Positions 28,645 to 37,728 of a stretch of DNA of 64,000 bases are shown in pieces. The notes under the pieces are model-generated. The model was not told where the DNA came from, made no database searches, and saw only the letters and a program-made list of their open reading frames with translations. Each line of letters begins with the position of its first letter. Position 1 is the first letter of the stretch. The stretch is from an uncultured archaeon (GTDB lineage: Archaea > Altiarchaeota > Altiarchaeia > IMC4 > SCGC-AAA252-I15): the NCBI GenBank assembly GCA_902384455.1, contig CABMCB010000011.1, positions 1 to 64,000 of the forward strand. The letters are read 5' to 3'. Both the position numbers and the translations under genes were made by a program.

Positions 28645-29412
28645 TTAGGTTCTGTAGCAGGGTTCTTCGTATATGCATCCTGCGCATTTTTTGTGGCTTC
28701 CGTGTGGGCATACGCCTGAGTCTTTTTTTGTCGTTAGGATGTTTTGAACCGCGTTTATGGACTCTATGACCTGGTTTTTTCTGGCTTCCGTTATTATTAC
28801 GGGAGTGAATGTGGCGGACAACGGGTCGTCGAGGTATGATACGGGTGGCGCGTTGGATTTTGCGCAGTTTATGAGTGCGTACGCTGTCGCCTTGAATATT
28901 TCGTTTTCTTTGGGTCTGCCCGCGTCGTTTTCTGCGATTATTACGGGGGCGTAGGGTGTTTGGCGCATGTAGTCGGGGGTCCCTCGTATGTTAAGCTGCA
29001 AATGATTCAGATTCGGCTCTCTGACTGCGGGAGTAAGGTAATTTGCGGCAACTGAACCTGCTTCTTCCTTAAGGCGCATGAGGGATTGGGCAAACGCAGG
29101 CATTTCAAGTCGCAGTTCGTCTGCCGCCTTTGCTACGGCGTCTTGCGGAGTGCTTTTTAGTTCAGGGTAGCTTCGGGTTTTTTCGACCGCCAAGCAGAGC
29201 GCTTTTTCGCATTCCGGCTGCAGGTCTTGCTCGCGTTTTAGGATGTTTGGGCGTTGAAACGCTAATTCCTTAAGAAGGATGCGGCGGGCTAACCTTATGT
29301 GGTGGACGGGTTTGGGCGCCGGATTAACCTGGAGGATGCTGCGCAGGAAAATTCGTCGGGGGCAGTAGTTGTATTCTGCAATCTGGCTAACCGTGATCGC
29401 TGCTGAAGTCAT
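28645..29412 (-). CDS. Solo Cas4/Dna2-like Fe-S protein with degenerate nuclease motifs
   Basis: YNYCPRR plus C-terminal CAGC..EPC cluster ligands; G-x-x-D present; ExK absent. Confidence 0.7.
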   Translation of the reverse strand: MTSAAITVSQIAEYNYCPRRIFLRSILQVNPAPKPVHHIRLARRILLKELAFQRPNILKREQDLQPECEKALCLAVEKTRSYPELKSTPQDAVAKAADELRLEMPAFAQSLMRLKEEAGSVAANYLTPAVREPNLNHLQLNIRGTPDYMRQTPYAPVIIAENDAGRPKENEIFKATAYALINCAKSNAPPVSYLDDPLSATFTPVIITEARKNQVIESINAVQNILTTKKDSGVCPHGSHKKCAGCIYEEPCYRT

Positions 29413-29762
29413 TTTTGGCGCTCCACATGTTGGGCTACAACTTCTATCTGCCCCCGGTATAATGCCACTGTGCCGACAACCTGCACAGTCTCGTTAATTG
29501 AAGGTTTAATATCCCCAACGAGGTTCAGAGGAACATACACCTCAACTTTCCCCGTATTATCCCTAAGCGTTACCGCAACAGAACCGCCGTCAAACACATG
29601 AACACGCTCTATTCGCCCAACAATCAACAAGTTTTTGTCTAAGTCCGCCGACGATATGTCTGAGATTTGAGCCGTGGGAGGCTTAAGGATTGCCCCCGCG
29701 TAAGCGAAAAGGATTAAGCCGACTATTGCCGGCAGGAGCGCCCAATGCATGACGTCGTCCAT
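29409..29762 (-). CDS. Membrane-anchored OB-fold nucleic-acid-binding protein
   Basis: N-terminal TM; LRDNTGKVEVYV, VVGTVALYRGQIEV. Confidence 0.75.
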   Translation of the reverse strand: MDDVMHWALLPAIVGLILFAYAGAILKPPTAQISDISSADLDKNLLIVGRIERVHVFDGGSVAVTLRDNTGKVEVYVPLNLVGDIKPSINETVQVVGTVALYRGQIEVVAQHVERQK

Positions 29763-29880
29763 TGCAGACTTTGTTGATTTGACGGTTGAAAAACAAAAGG
29801 AAGGAGGCCGTTTTTGGGCGGTTTTGTAGTATTCCGGCATGTTAGGCACTACTTAAGCCTTCAGCGTAAATGCATAACCG

Positions 29881-30063
29881 ATGTTCGTCCGCACAAAAAC
29901 AATATCCGGCAGAACCTACTACTACCTCGTTGAAAACAAGAGGATAAACGGCAAAGTACGCCAGAAAGTACTTGAATACATCGGCCCCACCGCACCTAAA
30001 CCTGAAGCTGTAGAGGAGATTAAACGCCGCCAAAAAGGAGCAAAAGCACCCCAAACGGCTTAA
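29881..30063 (+). CDS. Small basic protein resembling the N-terminal beta domain of IS1634-type transposases
   Basis: [35 protein letters not shown] pattern; no catalytic domain follows. Confidence 0.6.
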   Translation: MFVRTKTISGRTYYYLVENKRINGKVRQKVLEYIGPTAPKPEAVEEIKRRQKGAKAPQTA

Positions 30064-30224
30064 CCGCTTGTGGCGCCGGCAGTAACCTTCTTCTTGTTTT
30101 TCCTGCGGATTCTGTTTGGAGCACCGCACTTGCGGCACTTCGTCGCAGCCACAGGATTCTTGGCGTTGCACTTCATGCAAACGCCCTTAAACAGCCGAAC
30201 CTCAGCTTCAGGAAAACGAGCCAT
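30060..30224 (-). CDS. rpl40e: 50S ribosomal protein L40e
   Basis: MARFPEAE...[18 protein letters not shown]. Confidence 0.95.
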   Translation of the reverse strand: MARFPEAEVRLFKGVCMKCNAKNPVAATKCRKCGAPNRIRRKNKKKVTAGATSG

Positions 30225-30319
30225 GACTCTAAATACTAAGCAACACCCCTTAAAAAGGCAAAACAGAAAAAACCGGCTGCACACAAACTTGCGCCACACA
30301 AGCAACGGAATCCACAACA

Positions 30320-30364
30320 CTATTCACAGGCTGGAACCTAATCAACCTACTGCTCAACATCTAA
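30320..30364 (+). pseudogene. Relic of a gene 3' end ([14 protein letters not shown]) similar to the C-terminus of the 61156-62160 protein
   Basis: 36/45 nt identical to 62116-62160 including the stop; upstream frame is Thr-rich and hits a stop at 30251 with no ATG. Confidence 0.55.
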
Positions 30365-30670
30365 AGGCCCTAGAACATACGGTTTCTGGAATTAATGAAG
30401 TAATCGATTACGACATATAGGGCCGTTTTTTATTTTTGCCAGAACCCGAGACGTTCCCCGTACGCGATGAAAATAAGGATGGCAGATACTTGGATAAAAG
30501 CCCCCTCCAAACTTGTCGGACCCCCGATTTTGTACGTTAGAAAAGCTACTGCCCCGAAGAATAGAAAAATTTTTAGAATATTCAATTCGTTCAGAATCAT
30601 TCTACACGATACATACTATAGCCGCTGAGAGTTAGCGAATGCGGCTTGGTTTCTTTCTTTTTCATTAACG

Positions 30671-30698
30671 TTTTTCTTTCTTTTCAAAGAAAGAAAAA
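30671..30698. terminator. 13-bp perfect inverted repeat of T/A tracts just downstream of tRNA-iMet
   Basis: TTTTTCTTTCTTT-TC-AAAGAAAGAAAAA; gives T-tracts on both strands. Confidence 0.5.
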
Positions 30699-30705
30699 GG
30701 TTATT

Positions 30706-30780
30706 TAGCGGGGGGTAGATTTGAACTACCGACCTTCGGGTTATGAGCCCGACGAGCACTCCTGGCTGCTCCACCCCGCT
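30706..30780 (-). tRNA. Initiator tRNA-Met (CAT)
   Basis: AGCGGGG.../CCCCGCTA with A1-U72; anticodon arm TCGGG-CTCATAA-CCCGA with three G-C pairs. Confidence 0.95.
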
Positions 30781-30895
30781 GTTTGGTTGGGCTTTTAGTA
30801 TTGTGGTTGTGCGGTTAAAAAAGGGTTTTTTGCGGGCTGTTTTGGTGGCGACGTCAGTTTTTTTTATGTTACGTCGGTTAATAGGGTATGGGGGG

Positions 30896-32821
30896 ATGAA
30901 AAGGAGTAGGCGCGCTTCTGGCGGAGGGCAGAAGAGGAGGTTGTGGGAGTATGTTGTTCTCATCCTCCTTTTGGGGGCCGTGTTTTATGCGCATCCGTTT
31001 GGGGAGCAGGAGTTTGGCGGGGGATTCAGGGTCTGCCTTGATTTCATTCAAAAGGGGGAGGGGTTGTATAACCTCCAGCCGTACTGCAGCCAGACTCCGT
31101 TCATCTACTATTACGGATACATCATACGGCAGATAATTGGGGACAGCCTCCTTGATTTTGTTTTGGCGGCGACGACTCTTGTTGCGGATGCGGTAGCTTA
31201 TGTGGTGCTTAGGCGGGTTCTTGAAGCTGAGAAATTGCCTTCAGGGTTCCTGTATGATGCGGCGTTCATCTTGTTCATGGTGACGCCTAGCGTAAATCAG
31301 CTTCCGTCTGCTGCGGCCGCGGCGGCGGTAGCGGCTGCTACGTACGTTTTGTTGTATGGTAAAAGTCGTCGTCGTTTTTTGGTTGGGGGCGTTCTTTTTT
31401 CTGTGGCGACGTTTAGTAAGTATACTGCCGCCGTTCCTTGCGTGGGTTTGGGTTTGTTTTGCCTCTTTAGCGGCGGGCATGTTAAGGTAAAGCGTAATTA
31501 TCCTTTTTTTGTTGTTAGTGACGAAGGGCGTTTTTCTTTCGTTTTCAGCCGTTTGTTGTTGCCGACTTTGATTCTTTTTATTTTTTTGCGGATGGTGTAT
31601 CCTCATTTTTTGGAGTACACTTTGCTTGCGCACGTGTATAGGGCGCAGCTGACGTCTTGGCAGGCGGTGTTGGAGATGCTTATTATGTACAGGAACGCGG
31701 TTCCCGCAGTACTTTATGCGGCGGCCGTATTTTACGCGGTAAAAGAGGGTGCGTTAAGGAGCCGGCGCTTGATGTACGCTGTTGTTTCGGCTGCGGGGCT
31801 TCTGCTTTTGATGTACAGCTTCACCCGCGCAACAGGGATGTTCACGCCCCCGATATATTATGCGCTGCCTTACCTCCCTTTCATTGTAGTAACGCTTGCT
31901 GCCGTGCAGGTAAAGTATCCTAAGATGCATGTTCTCTTGTTCATCCTGCTGATTGTTTACCCCACTCTTCAGGTGAGCCCGGTAGACAAGTACTTGCACA
32001 GGGATGAGTCCGCCGACCTTCAGAAATTCCGCGCATTAGCTGACTGGGGATTCCACTTTATTCCGCCGCAGAATGGTCGCGTCTTAATTGAAGTCAGCGA
32101 CGACGACTATTTGGATACGTTCTTTGCTACGTTCAACATCACCACCGTTGACAGGAACCAGATTGACACCATATCGCCGAAACAATCCGTAGGCCATGAA
32201 GACCCCGTGTGGGCGCCTAATCTTCGCAGACTGCTTGGGATTCAGTCGACTGACGATAATATTGAGTTGACTGATGCCGAGAAGGACATACGCAAGAAAT
32301 TGCTCAACGGCACTTACAGCCTTGTCATTTACGGGCCCCCCAGTTGGACTAGCGTAATACGAATTTTGGAGGAGGTTGAGAAAGACGGGCTTTACTCTAC
32401 TACAGACCAGATGCACGTATTGCTTGGCATAAAGAACGAGCCGGTGAGTTACTGCGTAGCCATCACCCCCAACTCGTATTACGGGGGGACTGGACGTTCC
32501 GATTCGACCCTTTTTTTCAGGGAGGATGAGCAATGCCAGAAATTCCTAAACGACGGGCTAATGTATTACGGAGGGCACTTTAACGAAATCTGCGCTGAAA
32601 GCAAGAAAATCGCGGGCTTAATCCACGATATGTACTGGAGGATTCGCCCCGACATGTATTTCCCCACATGCCCCAGCGGAGGCAAACGCGAAGTTTGGCT
32701 AAGCAAAGACACCCGGCTCATGGAAGGCAGAGACGTCGCCTTGGTGCTTGCGGCCTCCATTGCGTTGTATTTTGCGGTCCACTATGGGGGAGGCAGCTTG
32801 CGCTTCAAAACTCCCCCATAA
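30896..32821 (+). CDS. Polytopic membrane protein, GT-C-like, with extracellular C-terminal domain
   Basis: PYCSQTPF loop similar to PYVDFFFSQPPL of 51310-52896; many TMs; start moved so it does not overlap the tRNA. Confidence 0.55.
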   Translation: MKRSRRASGGGQKRRLWEYVVLILLLGAVFYAHPFGEQEFGGGFRVCLDFIQKGEGLYNLQPYCSQTPFIYYYGYIIRQIIGDSLLDFVLAATTLVADAVAYVVLRRVLEAEKLPSGFLYDAAFILFMVTPSVNQLPSAAAAAAVAAATYVLLYGKSRRRFLVGGVLFSVATFSKYTAAVPCVGLGLFCLFSGGHVKVKRNYPFFVVSDEGRFSFVFSRLLLPTLILFIFLRMVYPHFLEYTLLAHVYRAQLTSWQAVLEMLIMYRNAVPAVLYAAAVFYAVKEGALRSRRLMYAVVSAAGLLLLMYSFTRATGMFTPPIYYALPYLPFIVVTLAAVQVKYPKMHVLLFILLIVYPTLQVSPVDKYLHRDESADLQKFRALADWGFHFIPPQNGRVLIEVSDDDYLDTFFATFNITTVDRNQIDTISPKQSVGHEDPVWAPNLRRLLGIQSTDDNIELTDAEKDIRKKLLNGTYSLVIYGPPSWTSVIRILEEVEKDGLYSTTDQMHVLLGIKNEPVSYCVAITPNSYYGGTGRSDSTLFFREDEQCQKFLNDGLMYYGGHFNEICAESKKIAGLIHDMYWRIRPDMYFPTCPSGGKREVWLSKDTRLMEGRDVALVLAASIALYFAVHYGGGSLRFKTPP

Positions 32822-32850
32822 ATAAGGGGGTTCGCATATGTAACCGTAAA

Positions 32851-33531
32851 ATGAAGATTCTCCTCCTGTCTGACATCCACGGCTACTTGGACGGCATAAT
32901 ACACGCCAGAAACTACTGCGTCAAGGAGCACGTTCACTCAGTCATCCTAATGGGGGACTACAGCGTAGGCATAAAGGAGGCCAGCCAAAACAGGGTGGAC
33001 GCCACATACAGCATTGAGGTCCTTAAGGAAAACGCCAAAATCCTGGCTATACCCGGCAACACAGACCAGATTTCGTTGGTGGACGTGTTCAAGAAGGAGG
33101 GGGTAAACCTGCATGACACTGTCGTGGAAATAGACGGCGTCTCGTTTGTGGGCTTTGGAGGCAGCAACCCCACTCCCTTTAGGACGCCCACTGAATTCAC
33201 TGAGGAAGAGATTAAGCAGCGCATAGGAGCGCATCTAACGCGCCTCAAAAAAGAGGGGAAAACCAAAGTCGTATTGATAGTGCACTTCCCCCCAAAAGAC
33301 ACCGCCTGCGACAAACTCCCAAACGGCCTACACGTAGGAAGCCAAAGCCTTCGGGCCCTAATCGAGGAGTATCAGCCGGCAGCCTGCTTCGTAGGCCATA
33401 TACATGAGGCTGGTGGGACTTTCGATAAGATTGGCGGAACAATAGTCCACAACGTGGGGAAACTCGACTTAGGCGGGGCTTCCGTCTTTGACACCCAAAC
33501 TTTGATTGCGACGCCTGCGAGCATAGAGTGA
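32851..33531 (+). CDS. Metallophosphoesterase (calcineurin-like)
   Basis: SDIHG, GD, PGNTD, HFPP, GHIHE. Confidence 0.9.
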   Translation: MKILLLSDIHGYLDGIIHARNYCVKEHVHSVILMGDYSVGIKEASQNRVDATYSIEVLKENAKILAIPGNTDQISLVDVFKKEGVNLHDTVVEIDGVSFVGFGGSNPTPFRTPTEFTEEEIKQRIGAHLTRLKKEGKTKVVLIVHFPPKDTACDKLPNGLHVGSQSLRALIEEYQPAACFVGHIHEAGGTFDKIGGTIVHNVGKLDLGGASVFDTQTLIATPASIE

Positions 33532-33604
33532 TAGCGCCTCGCGCCTCCGCTTTTTAATGGGGAAAAAACATACTTAATGGGAGGGCAAACGGGGTAGCAA
33601 AAAC

Positions 33605-34777
33605 ATGAATAGAAGACACATAACCTTCGCCTGCGTCATCCTGCTGCTTTTAATCCCCGCCGCATCCGCAAAACGCATACTTTTCTACGAAATATCCTCA
33701 GGAAACGACTACCGCATAGAAGGCGGCTACAGCAAGCTGCTGGAGGAACTGCGCACACGAGGCCACGACGTTGCCTCCATGACCAAAGGTGAAATAACCA
33801 AGGAAGCCCTCACAAACTACGACCTACTTATCATCCCAGACCTGAACAGGCCGCTGAAGTCCGCCGAAATTAGCTCGATCATCTGGTTTGTCCTGCAGCA
33901 GGGCAAAGGGCTTTTCATCATCGGAGGCGAGCCTACGTCAGTCAACATGCTCACAATACCGTTTGGCGCAACAATAGACGACGGACGCCTTGTGGACACG
34001 ACAAACCCCATAACAGGCGACGCCGACAGAACGCACTTCGTCATATCCCGGTTCAACGAGCTGCCGACAATGAGAGTGCTACGCCAAGGCATAACTAAAG
34101 TGGGCTTCTACGGAGGATACGGCCTAAGACCGGCCGCAGACGCTAAAATAGTATCGACAGGTGACACCGACACTTATTCTGAAACGGGAAGCTTTGCTTC
34201 CGGAAGCCAACCCCCAATTTCCGCCGCAACCATATTCGGCAAAGGCCTCGTCTTCATCCACACTGACGCCGCATTCCTCTCCGACCAGCATATAAACGAC
34301 TTCGACAACAAAAGGTACGGCCTCAACATAATCGAGTGGTTGGCGATAAGCAGTGAGACTCTTCCTCAGGGCAACAGTACTCAGGAGTTGCAGATTATAA
34401 TTGGGGAGTATAAGTTGGAGAACGCCCGCTTGCTTCAGCAGGTCACCCAGTGCACTGAGGAGAAAACAAGCATATTCAACATTAACGCTCAGATTACAAG
34501 CGAGCTTCTTGACGCTAAAACCCAGGTTGAGGAGCTGCAGCACGGGCGCATAGGGCCTTTCACGCCGACTAACTGGGCTATCATTGGTTTGGGCGTGCTC
34601 ATATTCATTTCCGCTTTGATGGTTTCCCGCAAGCGCGCTAAGGTCCAGAAGGCTGAGGACGTCTTGGGCGAATTGGGGTATGAGATGGACGACAAGAAAG
34701 GCAAGGGAGGCGGTCAAGGCATTGTGGGCGGGGACTTGAGCGACCTGGGGCTTAAGGAAGAGGACCTGGGCATTTGA
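33605..34777 (+). CDS. Secreted GATase-like (DUF4350-type) domain protein with coiled coil and C-terminal TM
   Basis: Signal peptide, YDLLII...GKGLFI, GKGLV..D...N..NIIEWL, heptad region, TM. Confidence 0.6.
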   Translation: MNRRHITFACVILLLLIPAASAKRILFYEISSGNDYRIEGGYSKLLEELRTRGHDVASMTKGEITKEALTNYDLLIIPDLNRPLKSAEISSIIWFVLQQGKGLFIIGGEPTSVNMLTIPFGATIDDGRLVDTTNPITGDADRTHFVISRFNELPTMRVLRQGITKVGFYGGYGLRPAADAKIVSTGDTDTYSETGSFASGSQPPISAATIFGKGLVFIHTDAAFLSDQHINDFDNKRYGLNIIEWLAISSETLPQGNSTQELQIIIGEYKLENARLLQQVTQCTEEKTSIFNINAQITSELLDAKTQVEELQHGRIGPFTPTNWAIIGLGVLIFISALMVSRKRAKVQKAEDVLGELGYEMDDKKGKGGGQGIVGGDLSDLGLKEEDLGI

Positions 34778-34837
34778 TTCGTAGGTTTGACTGACCTAAT
34801 TTCTTCTTTGATATTTAAGTCGTCAGCCGAATAAGCA

Positions 34838-35407
34838 ATGGAGTATTCTTCACGCAACATGACATCCAGATACGCTAATCCTCAAGAGAGAGCGCCGGAA
34901 CGCCAGAATGGTTCCCGGATGGAGGCGGCGGTCATGGAAGCTTACCGAAACCGCGATTTCCCCGCCATACTTACCGCCGCATCTAAGTTTCTGGATGAAG
35001 CCTACGACGAAAAAGGCGACCTTAAAGCAGGCTACAACACAGAATACCTCCCCCGCGCATGGAGCTACGCAGCCGCAGCATTCGAAGCAGACGGAAGAAG
35101 AGACTACGCCTACCACTGCCTAAGAGCCGCCGACACTTATGGAGTGCTGGATTCAGAAAACTCCGGCGGAGTAGCAGAAGGCCTCAAAAGGTATGAACTC
35201 GATTTTGGGGTAATACGGTATCAGGACGGCACTTCAGTCGGCGAACCTCATCCCGGAATCAACATGCTCAACGCGCTCCCCGACATGAGATGTAGGAGGC
35301 CTGATTTGGTTAATCCTGCTGAAGTGAAGCAGCCGCAGAGGTATCTGCCTGTAACCCGCAGTTCAGTCATAGGGGCGCTGCTGAAGCTGCTACAGAACAA
35401 GGCGTAA
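34838..35407 (+). CDS. Hypothetical protein (helical, TPR-like pair)
   Basis: 189-aa ORF filling the gap; no family recognised. Confidence 0.5.
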   Translation: MEYSSRNMTSRYANPQERAPERQNGSRMEAAVMEAYRNRDFPAILTAASKFLDEAYDEKGDLKAGYNTEYLPRAWSYAAAAFEADGRRDYAYHCLRAADTYGVLDSENSGGVAEGLKRYELDFGVIRYQDGTSVGEPHPGINMLNALPDMRCRRPDLVNPAEVKQPQRYLPVTRSSVIGALLKLLQNKA

Positions 35408-35409
35408 GC

Positions 35410-35784
35410 TTACTTTTTGATGTTCCAATCGCGGTGGGTGGCTTCAGAAATCTTGGATAGAATCTGCTTCAAATCCGCGTCGGTAACAGGCGTTGGAAGA
35501 CGCCTAGCCTGATGAAGCTGCACTAGAATCAACTCCACCTGCCGAGCGTAATCAGGCCTGGCAACCCTTACGTTTCCCAGCCGGCTTCTTGCCTCGGGAG
35601 TAAGTATTTGAGCCAGAATCATCCGAAGCTGCTTTTCATACTCTTCGGCGCGAATCTGCTGCTCAACCTGCTCTTGAGTAGAAGCCTGAGCCTGCTGGCG
35701 CGCCATCAACTCCTGAAGGCGCTTCTGCCGAAGTGAATCAAGGTCTTCGTCCAAATCAGATGACCCCCTCTCAGCCGCCGGCAA
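35410..35784 (-). CDS. PDCD5-like dsDNA-binding protein
   Basis: LRQKRLQEL, ILTPEARSRL.NV...RP; follows S19e as usual. Confidence 0.9.
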   Translation of the reverse strand: MPAAERGSSDLDEDLDSLRQKRLQELMARQQAQASTQEQVEQQIRAEEYEKQLRMILAQILTPEARSRLGNVRVARPDYARQVELILVQLHQARRLPTPVTDADLKQILSKISEATHRDWNIKK

Positions 35785-35792
35785 ACAACCCT

Positions 35793-36215
35793 TTACTGCT
35801 TGGCAACCGACGCAGCAAGATTATCCAAGTAAGCGCGGCCTTTTGGCGTGATGACCCGGCCTTTTTTGTTTTCCGTTTTGACTGTGTAGCCGAGTTCGTC
35901 GAATTTTTGCAGCGCATGCCGCAGTATTTTGCCGCTGCCTCTGCGGAATTCTTCTGGTTTCACGCCCCGGTGTTTTCGGCCGCCGTATTGGGTTCGTAGT
36001 CTTTGTACGCCTACTGGTCCGTCGACGTATATTCTTCTGAGTACGGCTGCTGCTCGGGTCCACCACCAGTCTGCGTCTTCCGGCGGGCTTTCTTTGGTTA
36101 CGCCTGTTTTGACGTAGAGCGCCCACTGGGGGCGTTCGAGTTTTACGTTCTCTTTCAGGTCTTTTGCAGTTGCTTTTATGAGTTTTTCGGGGTGTACGTC
36201 GTATACTGTCGCCAT
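35793..36215 (-). CDS. rps19e: 30S ribosomal protein S19e
   Basis: TVYDV, WA.YVKTG, WWWTRAAAVLR, GPVGV..LR..YGG. Confidence 0.96.
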   Translation of the reverse strand: MATVYDVHPEKLIKATAKDLKENVKLERPQWALYVKTGVTKESPPEDADWWWTRAAAVLRRIYVDGPVGVQRLRTQYGGRKHRGVKPEEFRRGSGKILRHALQKFDELGYTVKTENKKGRVITPKGRAYLDNLAASVAKQ

Positions 36216-36216
36216 G

Positions 36217-36666
36217 TTAGTGTTGCTCCGTTTCGTTGAATTTGACGATTTCTGTTTTGTCGAAGAATAGGGGTATTTCTTGGTTTGCTGATTCGCGGCT
36301 GTCGCTTGCGTGGATTATGTTTTGTTCTATGCGCAGTCCGAAGTCGCCGCGTATCGTCCCCATTTCCGCTTTTGCGGGGTCTGTGTTGCCTATGATCCGG
36401 CGGACTAGCGCTACTGCGCTGTCGGTGTCCAATACGTCCGTGTCCAGTACGCATGCGACCATAGGGCCGGCGGTCATCTGGTCTACTAGGTTTTGGTAGT
36501 AGGGTTTGTTTTCGTGTTGTTTGTATAGTTGCGCCGTTTTTTCTTTTGTTAATTGCATGACTCTTAGTCCGACTATGCGTATGCCGTGTCGTTCGAAGCG
36601 CGTTAGTATTTCTCCGACAAGTCCGCGTCTTACGGCGTCCGGGCGGATGACTATTAGAGTCTTCAT
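36217..36666 (-). CDS. ndk: Nucleoside diphosphate kinase
   Basis: IRPDAVRRGLVGEI, GTIRGDFG, NIIHASDS. Confidence 0.95.
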   Translation of the reverse strand: MKTLIVIRPDAVRRGLVGEILTRFERHGIRIVGLRVMQLTKEKTAQLYKQHENKPYYQNLVDQMTAGPMVACVLDTDVLDTDSAVALVRRIIGNTDPAKAEMGTIRGDFGLRIEQNIIHASDSRESANQEIPLFFDKTEIVKFNETEQH

Positions 36667-36676
36667 TTTACCGTTT

Positions 36677-37030
36677 TTATTTTGCGCTCTCCTTTTGTTT
36701 GGCTTTCTTTGGCGCAGCTGCGGACTTTGTTTCTTTGGGTTGCGGTTGCTTGGAGGGCGTTTCTTTGCCGGGAGTTTCTTCGTTTAGGTCTTCTTCACTG
36801 ATTAATGTGGCTGCTTCTTCGTGTGATGCTTTTACGCCGCCTTTGATTAGTATGGCTTTTTCGGTGTGGTATAGTTGGGTCCACTTGACTTTACGTGGTT
36901 TTCGCTTGAGGTTCAGCGCGTTTTTCTCTGTTTTGCTGCTGCCGAATGCCAGTGCTTTCCCTCTTTTGGTTACGAATAGGACGCCGGTTCCTTTTGGGAT
37001 TTGTTTTCCTGAGAAACTGTCTATTGCCAT
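36677..37030 (-). CDS. rpl24e: 50S ribosomal protein L24e (Cys-free, C-terminal extension)
   Basis: SFSGKQIPKGTG..FV...G, SSK.EK, RKPRKVKWT; syntenic. Confidence 0.9.
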   Translation of the reverse strand: MAIDSFSGKQIPKGTGVLFVTKRGKALAFGSSKTEKNALNLKRKPRKVKWTQLYHTEKAILIKGGVKASHEEAATLISEEDLNEETPGKETPSKQPQPKETKSAAAPKKAKQKESAK

Positions 37031-37032
37031 CT

Positions 37033-37224
37033 TTAGTTTAGGGGTTTAGCTTCCCGCTCTGTTTCTTTTAAGTCTAGGACGTCGCCTTCTTGCACGGGTG
37101 TGCGCACGTTTCTGCGGATGACTCGGCCGTTGCTTGAGCCTTCCTGTATTTTGCACATTACTTGGATTACTTCTCCGTAGATGCCGGTGCGCCCTATGAT
37201 TTTTACTACCTCAGCAAGTACCAT
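37033..37224 (-). CDS. rps28e: 30S ribosomal protein S28e
   Basis: AEVVKIIGRTG..GEVIQV.CK...RNV..PV..GD.L.L.ETEREA. Confidence 0.95.
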   Translation of the reverse strand: MVLAEVVKIIGRTGIYGEVIQVMCKIQEGSSNGRVIRRNVRTPVQEGDVLDLKETEREAKPLN

Positions 37225-37226
37225 TT

Positions 37227-37586
37227 TTATTTGGCCAGTTCTTTGATTTTGGCTGCTACTTCTGTTAGGTTTTCTTTGGTTTTTCCTTCTTCTACTATGC
37301 ATGCGGAGGCTGTGGGCACGTGTATGCCTACTGCTTCTCCGATGTCTGCTTTGGGCAGGAATAAGTAGGGTATGCCTTTTTCTTCGCATAGTATCGGCAG
37401 GTGCATTACGATTTCTGGTGGTTCTACGTCGCCGCCGATGAAGACGAGTTTTGCTTTGGCTCGTTCTACTGCTTTGGTGACTTCGTTTGTTCCTTTGCGG
37501 ATTTTTCCGGATTCCTTTGCTCCCTCTAGAAGTTCCAAACTTTTGTTTTGGATTTCCTGGGGGACTTCAAATTTTACGTAGCTCAT
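37227..37586 (-). CDS. rpl7ae: 50S ribosomal protein L7Ae
   Basis: [33 protein letters not shown]. Confidence 0.97.
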   Translation of the reverse strand: MSYVKFEVPQEIQNKSLELLEGAKESGKIRKGTNEVTKAVERAKAKLVFIGGDVEPPEIVMHLPILCEEKGIPYLFLPKADIGEAVGIHVPTASACIVEEGKTKENLTEVAAKIKELAK

Positions 37587-37592
37587 TGTTTT

Positions 37593-37613
37593 ACCTCGCT
37601 TTCGTTCACAGGT
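37593..37613 (-). promoter_or_regulatory. Kink-turn in L7Ae 5'UTR overlapping the Shine-Dalgarno
   Basis: ACC-UGU-GA-AC-GAAA-GC-GA-GGU: C-stem, 3-nt bulge, tandem G.A pairs, GAAA loop; GAGGU SD just before the ATG. Confidence 0.7.
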
Positions 37614-37728
37614 GTGCGGAAAGGAAAGTGAAAGTAGTATATGTCAAGTGTGTTAATAAATGTGTTTGATTTACGTTGACGGCGTATTTGCGAATATATA
37701 TTAGGAGGAATTCCGTATATTATACAAG

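Noticed and set aside
28645-30700. CRISPR-Cas locus suggested by the Cas4-like gene
   Set aside because: No repeat-spacer array, cas1 or cas2 seen anywhere in the window
30240-30700. Integrated element or ncRNA downstream of tRNA-iMet
   Set aside because: No duplicated tRNA 3' end (att site), integrase or recognisable RNA fold; only short palindromes and the relic reported above
30743-30895. N-terminal extension of the 692-aa ORF
   Set aside because: Overlaps tRNA-iMet and its promoter; ATG at 30896 is more plausible
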